64,000 nt of DNA. Source: an uncultured Candidatus Saccharibacteria bacterium. GTDB lineage: Bacteria > Patescibacteriota > Minisyncoccia > Phycocordibacterales > UBA918. A model generated the notes under the pieces. It saw nothing but the letters and a program-made list of their open reading frames with translations. It ran no database searches and was not told the DNA's origin. The stretch lies in the NCBI GenBank assembly GCA_964353135.1, contig CAYGTV010000002.1, positions 67,204-131,203 on the forward strand, written 5' to 3'. Of the stretch, positions 36,707 to 46,448 are shown in pieces (position 1 is the first letter of the stretch; each line of letters starts with the position of its first letter). The translations under genes were made by a program, and so were the position numbers.

Positions 36707-37912
36707 TTAGTTAGAGGTAGTTTCATTGATAATATTTCTGTATACCCAGAGGGTTTCATCAACTTTATTTTGAAAAAAGAAATTTGAGTCATTTTGCCCA
36801 AACTGAGGGTTAGTGAGATCAACTTGACGCCCTGTAGCGTCTTCAGGTGCGATAATAAATCTCCCTAAATCACGAGTAAAACTGTATTCCCACAACAGAT
36901 CGTTGCTTGTACGTGTTCCTCTGTACCAGTCATCGGGTGTATTTGGAGATGGATTGAAAGAGTCTACGCCGCAAATCACCGCTGTAGTATTAGTTTTTCC
37001 AAATGCGCATTTTTCAGGCATGAAAGTCACAGGTGTCTGATTTGGAATAAGTTCACCGACACCAATACTAAATGTGGAGTATGTACTGTCAATTACTTCA
37101 CTGTAGATTATGAACTCATCAGACCCTAATGCCGACAAACCATAGCCAGTGGCATTGAGTCGAGTGACTTGCCCATTAGTGTAAGAGTATACGTATCCCT
37201 CTAGCTCCCTGGTGGTTTTAGGGTATACAATATGCGGCCCAGCATTAGTATGATGCCAAGCAATGGTTGCTTCGACAAACGGCACGGTGAACAAGGTTGA
37301 TATGTCACTTGTGCGAGGGTTGTATTTTTTTACTATCAACTCCCCCACCCCTTCGGTAGCAAACAAAAATTCATTTTCAGCTGTTGCTGTAAAAGACACA
37401 ATTGCTTCGTTTAGTTCAAAGTTACTCAGGCGATCAGTAGTAGTACTAATGGTTCCCAATACAAAACTAGCACGAGGTCCGGTGTCGGATTGCATAAGAA
37501 CATGTTTTCCATCAGGTGTAATTGCAGCGGTAGTAGCAAGAGGGATAGTTGTAGCAGAAATTCGTTCTGATTCTTCGGTAAACAGGTTGATTTCATAGAT
37601 ATGACCAGTTCCTGATTCAACATACCGTACAACTGGATCAGATGTGCTGGCAACTATTATTTCAGCAAAACCTGCCACGGGGGTGGTTGTTAACTGTCGT
37701 AGGCGTTCAATTTGGTCAGATGGTTCTTCAGTTTCTTCTGGAACGGGTTCTTCATCAGGAATAATTACTGTTGGGTCAGTAGAATCACCAAAACCAAAGT
37801 CATTAAATGAAACGTTGTCACTGGTTGTGCCGGTAAATAGAATATATGCCCAGATCCCGATCAAGATCAGTACTATTGCAATTCCTCCGGTAATCAATAG
37901 GGTACGTTTCAT
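36707..37912 (-). CDS. Hypothetical secreted/anchored protein (N-terminal TM, acidic linker, beta-rich domain)
   Basis: Signal-anchor LLITGGIAIVLILIGIWAYILF; no motif recognised; operon with 35768 and 37916 genes. Confidence 0.4.
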   Translation of the reverse strand: MKRTLLITGGIAIVLILIGIWAYILFTGTTSDNVSFNDFGFGDSTDPTVIIPDEEPVPEETEEPSDQIERLRQLTTTPVAGFAEIIVASTSDPVVRYVESGTGHIYEINLFTEESERISATTIPLATTAAITPDGKHVLMQSDTGPRASFVLGTISTTTDRLSNFELNEAIVSFTATAENEFLFATEGVGELIVKKYNPRTSDISTLFTVPFVEATIAWHHTNAGPHIVYPKTTRELEGYVYSYTNGQVTRLNATGYGLSALGSDEFIIYSEVIDSTYSTFSIGVGELIPNQTPVTFMPEKCAFGKTNTTAVICGVDSFNPSPNTPDDWYRGTRTSNDLLWEYSFTRDLGRFIIAPEDATGRQVDLTNPQFGQNDSNFFFQNKVDETLWVYRNIINETTSN

Positions 37913-37915
37913 AGA

Positions 37916-38893
37916 TTAAAAATTCACTACTACACTATCTTCAACACCTTGTAATATCTCTGATAGCGATCGCACATGGAAGTTAAGCACAGTCCGCCCC
38001 CCAATCCCTGCCCGACTAAGCGTTATTTCGTAGGGATTTAAAACACCATTATCGGTTTCAATTTTGTTGATTTCCCACTGGGCTATATCGGGACGATTGA
38101 ACACCCGAGTATCGAGGTTGAATGGTTCAGCTTGGAGTGTTAGCACATTGCCAACTAGTGAGGTATTTGACTGTAGAGGTCGATTTTTTATGCCATAGAG
38201 TGAGTGTTTTTCGTAGAATGCAAGTTCTGGCTGTACGCTAGTCATCCTAACTGCCCGTCTAGCCAAAGTGTTTCCTTGCAGGTCAGCTACGTTTACGATC
38301 AATACCGGCGCAGATCCGCGCGGTGTTTCGAATGACATTTTGTTTCCGCCACGAATTGCCCCGTTTTCTAGGGTTTGTTGATCTACTGTCCATGTATATA
38401 CCAGCTGGTTTGAATTTAGGAAGTTTGTACCATTATGTAGAAGTGCGGTTGCATTGACTTGGCTCGTATAGCTTGGCAGCGCTCGCCCCTCATACCAATC
38501 TGGAACCCGGGTTTGTGGTTCGATGATAATATCGATATAGATTGGATTAATAGTGCGGGTGATGGTCTGTGTCGTACCTTGAGGAGTTTGTAGCGTGGCT
38601 ACGATAGTTGCATTACTCCCAGCTGCCCCGGCTACTAGTTCTGCAGTACGCTGGTTAGAAAAAACCTCGACCACTTCCCCAGCATAGGTCCAGGTAATCT
38701 CTGATCCAAATAAACTACCACTGTAGTCATCGATTGAGGCAGTAAAGGGTTCCCCTGGTCCAGGAAAACTAGGGCTGAGGGTGATTGAAGCTTCGCGGTT
38801 GTTGCTGGTGAGACTTTGGAAATTCCCTACCTGAGCAAGGCTAACAGCTGGAAGGATTGTAAGTAGAAATAGTAAGCAGTAGCGGTACCACAT
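37916..38893 (-). CDS. Hypothetical secreted protein (signal peptide)
   Basis: MWYRYCLLFLLTILPAVSLAQ signal; first gene of a three-gene operon. Confidence 0.4.
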   Translation of the reverse strand: MWYRYCLLFLLTILPAVSLAQVGNFQSLTSNNREASITLSPSFPGPGEPFTASIDDYSGSLFGSEITWTYAGEVVEVFSNQRTAELVAGAAGSNATIVATLQTPQGTTQTITRTINPIYIDIIIEPQTRVPDWYEGRALPSYTSQVNATALLHNGTNFLNSNQLVYTWTVDQQTLENGAIRGGNKMSFETPRGSAPVLIVNVADLQGNTLARRAVRMTSVQPELAFYEKHSLYGIKNRPLQSNTSLVGNVLTLQAEPFNLDTRVFNRPDIAQWEINKIETDNGVLNPYEITLSRAGIGGRTVLNFHVRSLSEILQGVEDSVVVNF

Positions 38894-39142
38894 ATACCAT
38901 ATATAGTAGCAGAAGTGAGGTATACAATAGCCAAGTTATACGTAGTATCCACAATTTATACACAGGTTGTCCGCAGAAATGAGTGGATGAAAGCAGTTGC
39001 TGTTTTTAGCAATATGTGGTATACATGTACCTAGGACTGCTTGCAGTCAAATAGTTTTTCCACAGTGTGTGGTCCCCCACATACAAATTGTAACCTGCGG
39101 CACAGAATATTGTCCGCTATCACCACTAGAAAGGAGCTCCTT

Positions 39143-39451
39143 ATGGAACTCAAAACTATTGCGTTGGCAGCCGCATTCGCTGTCGTTGGTTCGTCGCCTG
39201 TATTGGCTCAGGACATTGTCCTTGCCTCTGTTTCGTCCAGCGATGAAGTAGAAATTTTGCCTGCTGGTCCATCTCCCTGGTGCGCCCAAAATGGTAATGA
39301 TGGTTGCTACCAGACCATGTTCATTGAATCGGGGCCAATTCTCGCAAGTGCTTCAGCCAAGTCTTCCAAAAACTTTGCTGCCGAAAATGGCTACGGCGAT
39401 CTGGAACAAGTGCACGTCGCAGCAATGACCCCTTACTTCTTTAAAGACTGA
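39143..39451 (+). CDS. Small secreted protein (signal peptide, two Cys)
   Basis: SD AAAGGAG before ATG; MELKTIALAAAFAVVGSSPVLAQ signal; terminator at 39470-39500. Confidence 0.45.
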   Translation: MELKTIALAAAFAVVGSSPVLAQDIVLASVSSSDEVEILPAGPSPWCAQNGNDGCYQTMFIESGPILASASAKSSKNFAAENGYGDLEQVHVAAMTPYFFKD

Positions 39452-39504
39452 GTTGATTTCGATCAACAACAAAAGCGACAAGTCCGTTTTACAGCGGGCT
39501 TGTT

Positions 39505-40350
39505 TTAATTTGGGTGTTTCCAAACTAATCTGATCCATGAAAGTATGAATGGATAAATCGGAAAAGCTGAGCCAACTACTGCTAGCAAGAACAACATCTT
39601 TTTTTTCAATCCCTTTTCTCCGCTCAGTGATTTAATCCCGGTTGTGCTATAGATAAACCAAACTAGCATTAATTGTAATACGCCTAATAAAAATACAAAT
39701 GCAAATGGTATGATCATTAGTCTAATTGGGTCGAAAGCAAAACCAAAGAAGTTTTCCGTCGCTATGCTGATTAATCTACTGACTCCAATCGCACCTTCAC
39801 CGACTAACATAATAACCTGCCCAGCTAATGTTATAAACTCTGTGCCTAACGGAATTTCGGCAATGTAGTTATATATGTATAATGTGATTGCTAGTCCTAC
39901 AATACTCATAAGAGCAAATGGTAATTGAATAGCGAAATACCAAAATATTACCCAACTGCCAACCCAGGCATTGATCGCTGTAACTTTAGTTCTGCCAAGC
40001 AGCAGATTTGAATTTTTGGCTTTATGTTCTACTTTTTTACGAACTAGTGGCATTCGACCGGGTTGGTAGTTCGGTTCCTGGTTAGTGTTCGCGTACTCCC
40101 TCTGTACTCGGTTGATCTCGTTTGGTCGGAGGTTGGTGTACCGCTCTGTAGCATCATACTGCTTAGAAAAAGCCTCGTCTGTGGTTTCATGAAAAGGATT
40201 TTGATCAGTATCAGTATTTACAGATTGTCTTTTTCTACGGGGAACTGTATTGCGACGTCTTGCATCACGTCTGATGTTTCCAGGGTTAGAGCCTGCTCCT
40301 GGTGAAGGGGGTATTTGTCTAGTTTCAAGTTGGACGTTAGAGACTTGCAT
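39505..40350 (-). CDS. Hypothetical membrane protein with a disordered basic N-terminus and 4-5 TM helices, adjacent to the T4SS cluster
   Basis: ORF; TM-rich C-terminal half; separated from VirB4 by a terminator. Confidence 0.4.
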   Translation of the reverse strand: MQVSNVQLETRQIPPSPGAGSNPGNIRRDARRRNTVPRRKRQSVNTDTDQNPFHETTDEAFSKQYDATERYTNLRPNEINRVQREYANTNQEPNYQPGRMPLVRKKVEHKAKNSNLLLGRTKVTAINAWVGSWVIFWYFAIQLPFALMSIVGLAITLYIYNYIAEIPLGTEFITLAGQVIMLVGEGAIGVSRLISIATENFFGFAFDPIRLMIIPFAFVFLLGVLQLMLVWFIYSTTGIKSLSGEKGLKKKMLFLLAVVGSAFPIYPFILSWIRLVWKHPN

Positions 40351-40382
40351 TGATTATATTTTACACCACAAGTCATAACAAT

Positions 40383-40415
40383 AAACGGTGGCGAACACTG
40401 CTCGCCACCGTTTAT
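40383..40415. terminator. Terminator AAACGGTGGCGA-ACACTGC-TCGCCACCGTTT
   Basis: 12-bp perfect stem downstream of the VirB4 ATPase gene. Confidence 0.55.
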
Positions 40416-40425
40416 TGTGTCCGTG

Positions 40426-42234
40426 TTACATCCCGGCTGCTTCCAATTCCTCGCGGGCTTTTTTGATTGCCATGAGTTGCGATGGGTCCGAGGTGATGAT
40501 TTGATCCTCGGTGTAGCTGGCGATGATTTTGATGGCGACGTGTTTGAGTCCAGCAAAGAAGATCCCCTCCCCTACGTTTGATTCCAGCAGTAGGAATTTT
40601 TCCTCGTCGGTTAGGTTAAAGGTTTTCTGGATGTTATCGATCGCTGTTGGCGATTGTTTCATCAGTAGCTGGATGCTGGAGTTGGTGATCATCGGGACAC
40701 CGTAAGGTGAGCGCAGGAAGTCATCCACATCCTGAGTGATAGTAGCGATCCCCAGGTAGTACTTTCGACCGCGCTTTGCAAGTGAGAACAAGAACGATGC
40801 AGTGTCTTCGCTTTTCATCATCCACCACGCCTCGTCGATCACCATCAGACGCTTGGCCAGTCGTCTACGGACACTTCCCCAGATAAAGTTGGTGATGATG
40901 TACATGGCGATGGTTTTTAATTCGTCCTCCATGTCACGCAAACTGAACACCACAAATTTTTGGTTGATGTCGACGTTGGTTGGTTGGTTCATGAACCCGG
41001 CCCAGGTTCCACTGGTGTATTTTTGTAGTCTAGCAATCAGTGAGGCACTGCCGTCCATGCCGGCTAGAACCATTTCAAAGTCAGACAGTAGTGGTGGTTC
41101 CATGTCAGAAAAGTCAGCGTCACCAGTGATGTCCTTGAGGGCATAGGTTTCCTGGATTGCGAGGTCGAGGATGGTCTCTTCCTCCGGTGTCAATGCGGTG
41201 TATTCGTTGTTTCCGCCGAGCATGAGCCGAAACAGTCCAATGAGTTCGATGATGTGTGAACGCAGCACGTCGCGGGGATCCTCGTCGCTCGCTGGTGGCG
41301 GGAGGTCAAACGGATTAACGTGGTGGTTGGATGAAAGTGAGATGTTGAAAAACCGACCACCGGTGGCTTCTGCCAAGTACTCGTATTCACGCTCTGGGTC
41401 GAGCACGATCACCTCGGTCCCAAACATTAGTGATCGCAGGATTTCTAGTTTCAGACCGTATGACTTCCCGGCACCAGAGGTCGCAAACGTTACCGAGTTG
41501 TAGTTGGTGAGACTATATCGATCAAACAAAATGAGTGACGAGTTGTGCCGGTTGATACCGTACAAAATCCCAGTGTCCGAAGTGAGGTCGAACGAAGTAA
41601 ACGGAAAGAAGCTCGACAGTGGCGACGAATTGAATTTGCTGTGCACCTGTAGGATGTCATCGTTGAGCGGAAAGACACTTTTAATCCCCTGCTCTTGTTG
41701 GAATAGAGCTGGTTTCATATTGATCAGCCTTGAGTCGAGCATACCCCGGATGTCGTTTTCTACTTTGTTGATGGCAGCTTCGTCTGGACCGTAGATTGAA
41801 ATATAAAACCCAACGTCAAACAGCTTTTCTTCTGACTGTTGTAGTTTGTCTCGGAGTTCTTCGAGGTTACGGTACGATGCCTCGAGCTGTGGATCACGCA
41901 CTTCCCCACGCTCTTGCTTGATACTGATCTGGCTTTGTACCTCGGCTACTTTTTTCTGGAACTTTTTTAAGGAAGCGGCCGTGTCTACTGGGTGAATGAA
42001 AATCGAAACATCGATTTCCTTGGCCAGGTTTAATACTGGTTCAATCCATCCGTCGTTGAGATACCGTGGATAGTTTACCGCGTAGTATGTCCGGGCATTT
42101 ACCCCACTGATGTTGATTGCCCGCGGACTGATTTTGATTGCAGAGGGTGCAATAACATCAGTCAAAGTCATAAGCTGATCTTTGAATGGGTCATCTTTTT
42201 TATTGGGCGGTTGGAGGAAGTCTAAAAAAGCCAT
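40426..42234 (-). CDS. VirB4/TraC-family conjugation-type ATPase, C-terminal (ATPase) part
   Basis: Walker A TSGAGKSYGLK, Walker B MVIDEAWWMM, VirB4 family motifs; 602 aa covers only the C-terminal two-thirds of a typical VirB4. Confidence 0.8.
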   Translation of the reverse strand: MAFLDFLQPPNKKDDPFKDQLMTLTDVIAPSAIKISPRAINISGVNARTYYAVNYPRYLNDGWIEPVLNLAKEIDVSIFIHPVDTAASLKKFQKKVAEVQSQISIKQERGEVRDPQLEASYRNLEELRDKLQQSEEKLFDVGFYISIYGPDEAAINKVENDIRGMLDSRLINMKPALFQQEQGIKSVFPLNDDILQVHSKFNSSPLSSFFPFTSFDLTSDTGILYGINRHNSSLILFDRYSLTNYNSVTFATSGAGKSYGLKLEILRSLMFGTEVIVLDPEREYEYLAEATGGRFFNISLSSNHHVNPFDLPPPASDEDPRDVLRSHIIELIGLFRLMLGGNNEYTALTPEEETILDLAIQETYALKDITGDADFSDMEPPLLSDFEMVLAGMDGSASLIARLQKYTSGTWAGFMNQPTNVDINQKFVVFSLRDMEDELKTIAMYIITNFIWGSVRRRLAKRLMVIDEAWWMMKSEDTASFLFSLAKRGRKYYLGIATITQDVDDFLRSPYGVPMITNSSIQLLMKQSPTAIDNIQKTFNLTDEEKFLLLESNVGEGIFFAGLKHVAIKIIASYTEDQIITSDPSQLMAIKKAREELEAAGM

Positions 42235-42239
42235 ATAAA

Positions 42240-42872
42240 TTATTGTACATTAGGAGCCGCACCGGTTGGATCGCCAGGGTTATATAAATGGTAGTACAAC
42301 TCAACTAGTTCGTCCTTTTGTAGTCTCATGGTTCGAACCCCAACCCCAGCCAGTCCCTGAGTGACCATACCAACTCTCTGTTCTAACTGTAGGCGGTGTT
42401 CTTCGAATTGTTGATCGTTGGTTAGGGCTGCTGTACTACCGCCACTAAATAAACTAGTAACACCCTTTTGCAGGTTTAGTTTGGTAGGTGAATATGGAAT
42501 AACCACAAAGAAGCTCTTGCTCATCACATCAACGTCAGTTGTAAACGAACGAATGAATTCCATGTATTCAGCCAGCTGGATCTTCATTAGGTCGTTGTCC
42601 TGCTTCCCTTCCATACTTGCAAGTAAACCAAGGTATGGTTCGATGTTCAATTTTCTTGATTGTACATAGATTTGTAAACTGAAATCAAGGGTATTTAAAA
42701 AACTTTGGAACTGTTGCAGGATGGCTTTTTGTTCATCGAGTGATTTGAGGGCAAAGTTAACTGATGAAGCCAGCAGCACCATGAGCATTTCTCCATCACG
42801 CTTAATAACCACACCATCTTTGATGTCGCGGATTGGAACAAAACGTTGAGTGGCTGCTTTTTGGTTTGGCAT
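42240..42872 (-). CDS. VirB4-family N-terminal domain encoded as a separate ORF
   Basis: FVPIRDIKDGVVIKRDGEMLMVL...SLDEQKAILQQFQSFLNTL matches the N-terminal region of VirB4/TraC-like ATPases; stop codon 5 nt before the ATPase ORF start, in a different frame. Confidence 0.6.
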   Translation of the reverse strand: MPNQKAATQRFVPIRDIKDGVVIKRDGEMLMVLLASSVNFALKSLDEQKAILQQFQSFLNTLDFSLQIYVQSRKLNIEPYLGLLASMEGKQDNDLMKIQLAEYMEFIRSFTTDVDVMSKSFFVVIPYSPTKLNLQKGVTSLFSGGSTAALTNDQQFEEHRLQLEQRVGMVTQGLAGVGVRTMRLQKDELVELYYHLYNPGDPTGAAPNVQ

Positions 42873-42873
42873 A

Positions 42874-43299
42874 CTATTCTGGTTTTTGCATAGCTTGTAA
42901 TTCGAGTTTTCTGGTCAGTGAGGTGATGCTCTTGTGTGATGAACCGCGGTTGCTAGGAGTTACAGCATACGATGAGGTTGGTTCTGATTTTATTTTGGTC
43001 TCATCTTTGTACACAACGTCAGCTTTTTGATGCCAGAGGTATAGTTTGTCATTGGTGACGTAGTTGTACACGGCCTCCAAGAAGTAAGAAAATGGTCGGT
43101 TGTTGACTGGGAAAAAGGCCAGTGCGGCAGCCAAGAGAGCAATCGGTAGTCCTAGTAGTACAAATACAATGAACGGAAATATGAAAAACATTACAACCGC
43201 TGCACCCACGCCACCACCGAGGTACACAAATTGCCGCCAGGTCAGTGGTCCAAAGATCTTGTCCTCGATTTCAATAAATTGTGGTACTTCAAACCGCAT
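42874..43299 (-). CDS. PrgI-family (VirB3-like) small membrane protein of Gram-positive-type T4SS
   Basis: N-terminus MRFEVPQFIEIEDKIFGPLTWRQFVYL, characteristic of PrgI-family proteins; two TM helices. Confidence 0.7.
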   Translation of the reverse strand: MRFEVPQFIEIEDKIFGPLTWRQFVYLGGGVGAAVVMFFIFPFIVFVLLGLPIALLAAALAFFPVNNRPFSYFLEAVYNYVTNDKLYLWHQKADVVYKDETKIKSEPTSSYAVTPSNRGSSHKSITSLTRKLELQAMQKPE

Positions 43300-43447
43300 C
43301 CGAATAGAAATAACTATGGCTTACTGCCAGTAGTTGTGTGTTGAGTAATAATGGTCGACCAAGTATTCATACGTATATCTGTGTCCTGTTATTTCTAACA
43401 GGACACGTAGATACTAGTAGTATACACTGCGTCGACTATAGAACCGG

Positions 43448-44017
43448 CTATTTTTCAGGAGTGCCCCACTGGGCAGTGGTGTTTTTCTCAGCGTTTCCTT
43501 GACCATTGAGAATGGTCTCTTGGCTGGCAGCCTGGTGCACCGGTTCTTCTTCGGTACGGATAGTTTCCATATCGTGAGCCATTGTTCGGATTGGTTGGAG
43601 TTGCTTGAATGCTGCTTCGGTTTCAGCTAACTCAGCCGCAAGGGTGTCCTGACTGTCAGTGGATACTTTTGTCATCTCAGCAGGCTGAGGTTGTGTAGTA
43701 ATTGGTACTGGGGTGTTTGTTGGTTGATTGAGCGGAGCGAGGAAATCAAGCACATCTGCTGTGATTCTCATAGCGTCTGGTTGCGATATCTGGAGACGTT
43801 CTACAAATAGTTCTGGAAGTTTTTCCTGCGGAACCAGCCCAAGAATAACGTCGCCAACGGCAACTAAAAAATGCAAATGTCTATCTTGATCCGATATACC
43901 ATGTCGCTGGGAAATAGTATACAAAGCTTGGCCGTTTTCTGATCCTTCGTATAGCGATCGCTGCTTGGCAGTTGCTGTGTTGTAGGCATCTTCACGTTGT
44001 TCGTCGGTGAAATTCAT
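43448..44017 (-). CDS. Hypothetical protein in the T4SS cluster
   Basis: ORF co-oriented and tightly spaced with the VirB6-like gene; no motif. Confidence 0.35.
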   Translation of the reverse strand: MNFTDEQREDAYNTATAKQRSLYEGSENGQALYTISQRHGISDQDRHLHFLVAVGDVILGLVPQEKLPELFVERLQISQPDAMRITADVLDFLAPLNQPTNTPVPITTQPQPAEMTKVSTDSQDTLAAELAETEAAFKQLQPIRTMAHDMETIRTEEEPVHQAASQETILNGQGNAEKNTTAQWGTPEK

Positions 44018-44022
44018 AAATT

Positions 44023-46440
44023 TTATTCGTTGAAGAAATCCTCCTTGGCTTTTTTAGAAGTTATGTAAGCTGCCATCCGTGGATCGTTTTGTTTGTAGAA
44101 CTTTATTGCTCCTGCTAGGTCCGTTCGTTCATCTGCAGTCATTTCACTCTTGCCTTGGTTCGCTGCACGAGCAATCGCCTTCATCATATCCACTGTCATA
44201 TTGTTACCAACCTCGGTGAGTGTCCCTGTTTTACGGTCAAAGAACGTCTCAAGTGGTAGTTTACCAATTGTTTCGGTGTTGGATTTAATATATTTTTCAC
44301 GTTGTTTTTTGAGAACGTCACCAGTAAGTGGTGTAGCAGCTGTGGTTGTCCCGTCAAATTTATTCTTTGCATCCTTATTTTGAATGTCAACCCGGCCCTT
44401 ACTGATGATATTTTCAATTCCCTTTGAACGTGTTGCAGATATTTTATCGTATTGTTCAATGCTGATTTTACCTGAGTCTTTGAGTGTCTCTAGTTGTTTT
44501 TCTGATAATTGTGAAGCAATAGCCTCAGTATTGAGTCTCTCAAATGAGAAGTTGCTCAACTCTTCGTTAGATAATCTGCTAACCATTTTAGCAAGACCTT
44601 CCATAGCATCTGCTAGCTCCTCAGCTTCTGACCCGACGTCGTTGAGTACCTTCTCAAACCCAGCAAAGCGCGCAGTTTCTCGACCCGCCCCCATGTCTTT
44701 CTTTTGTTGTCGAGTGAAGTCCCCAGTCTCTCCAAGAGCTTTGATTTGCTCAGCTGATAGTTTGCCAAGTATTTCAGGTGAGTTGCGGACATTTTCGCTT
44801 AGGCGCCGCAACTCTGCCGTTGACATTTTACCAACCACACCGCCAATTTTAGTGTTAGCTTCGTCAATTTTTTTACGTACGTCACGCCGTTCGTCTGGAG
44901 TCAAGGTATTACCAGGAGCTAGCTTTGCTTCTTCCTCTTTTAGTTTCTTGCGCTCTTCTCTAAGAGTTTTTTCTCGATCAAATTCATCGCCGTTTTGGTT
45001 AAATGAGTTGTTTTGTCTTGCGATTCGTTCTCGTTGTTGATCAATAGTTTCAGAACCTAAAACGCTGGCACGGGTACCTCTATCAAGTCCTGCTCCAACA
45101 GTACTATCAAGTCCACGAGCAGCTGCACGCCCAATCGCGCCCTTATTACCAGCCCAAGCAGTGACACGATTGAGTTGACGACGGCTGACTTCGCTACCTT
45201 CATTGATACCACGAGCCATATAACCACCGGCTCCCCGGCCAACTCCCCGAGCAGCGTAACTACCGACAGCACCATAGGCAGCGAGTGGACGTCGTACAGC
45301 CCCGCGCACTCGAGAGTTAACACCATTGCTTACTTTTGCCATCACTCCACTACCATCTGAGGCAAGTTTTCCTGCAACTTGTACTGCAGCAATAAGGAAA
45401 CCAGCAGAAAGAATAAACGGTCCAAGCCCTCCGGCAAAGTTCGCAGCAATTTCTGACACAGTTCCTGTTGGGTTAAATACGTCGCTATTTTGCTGTGTTA
45501 GGTTTCCTAGTCCTCCCCCCTGGGCCGAACCACCTGCCCCAACTCCGTCACCAAAGAAGTTATCAAGTATTGATGCTGCAAAAAATATCATAATGATATA
45601 TACCGGTGCGTAGAATGATTGTTTTAGAAACCCTGACCAGTATTTGTCACTCATGTTTTTGAAGCCTGGGAATATCCAACCTAGGAACATAAAAGGCGAA
45701 AGCACCATGTATACCGATAGCGCAATAAAGCGAATGATAAGCATAATTCCACCAACACCAAACGCAAAAGCACCGATGATGTTAATGATTCCAATACCAA
45801 ATATATACGACCACGGAGCTGCCCCGTCACCGTCTAAACCAGGTGCGTTTTCTCCACTAAAGTTAATCGTTGAAATACCCATTAACCGGAAGAATGTATC
45901 GCCAACTCGGACAGATGTTGGGTTGCCATCAAGGTCATCGCCAATTGTGTCAAAACCAGCAACAGCAATTTCCGAGGCAAGGATGTTGGTGAAATCAACT
46001 ACAAATTTAGTGATAAACAAACTAAAGTTGATTAGAAGAGCGGCGATTATTAGTGAGACGAGCGTCTTTTTGGTTTGAGAATCATCACTGTTGAGGATCA
46101 TCTTGAAGCCAATGTACACGAGACCAAAAATAAACAAGATATTGAATAGGTCTCTAACCAGTACCCAAAGTTGGTCAACCGCAAGTCCGACTCCACCAGA
46201 GTTGTAAATTGAACCAAAATTGATTACAAACGTGTTGATCCCGTAGTCCAGTAGTGAACCTCCAACCCAAAGTAGCCACCCAGTTAAGTTTGAGATTACA
46301 AAGAAGAGAATTCCTTCGATTGTATCCTGGGCAAAAGCCACCTGTGGGAACAAAGCCAACATAGCTACTCCAAACAAACTCAGGATAGTTATCCATAGTG
46401 TTAGTTTGTTTTCGAGTAGGAAATGCTTCATAAGTATCAA
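44023..46440 (-). CDS. VirB6/TrbL-like polytopic membrane protein with a Gly-rich linker and long C-terminal coiled-coil extension
   Basis: Signal/TM then 6+ TM helices; C-terminal about 400 aa hydrophilic, K/E-rich repeats. Confidence 0.55.
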   Translation of the reverse strand: MILMKHFLLENKLTLWITILSLFGVAMLALFPQVAFAQDTIEGILFFVISNLTGWLLWVGGSLLDYGINTFVINFGSIYNSGGVGLAVDQLWVLVRDLFNILFIFGLVYIGFKMILNSDDSQTKKTLVSLIIAALLINFSLFITKFVVDFTNILASEIAVAGFDTIGDDLDGNPTSVRVGDTFFRLMGISTINFSGENAPGLDGDGAAPWSYIFGIGIINIIGAFAFGVGGIMLIIRFIALSVYMVLSPFMFLGWIFPGFKNMSDKYWSGFLKQSFYAPVYIIMIFFAASILDNFFGDGVGAGGSAQGGGLGNLTQQNSDVFNPTGTVSEIAANFAGGLGPFILSAGFLIAAVQVAGKLASDGSGVMAKVSNGVNSRVRGAVRRPLAAYGAVGSYAARGVGRGAGGYMARGINEGSEVSRRQLNRVTAWAGNKGAIGRAAARGLDSTVGAGLDRGTRASVLGSETIDQQRERIARQNNSFNQNGDEFDREKTLREERKKLKEEEAKLAPGNTLTPDERRDVRKKIDEANTKIGGVVGKMSTAELRRLSENVRNSPEILGKLSAEQIKALGETGDFTRQQKKDMGAGRETARFAGFEKVLNDVGSEAEELADAMEGLAKMVSRLSNEELSNFSFERLNTEAIASQLSEKQLETLKDSGKISIEQYDKISATRSKGIENIISKGRVDIQNKDAKNKFDGTTTAATPLTGDVLKKQREKYIKSNTETIGKLPLETFFDRKTGTLTEVGNNMTVDMMKAIARAANQGKSEMTADERTDLAGAIKFYKQNDPRMAAYITSKKAKEDFFNE

Positions 46441-46448
46441 TCGTTTCT

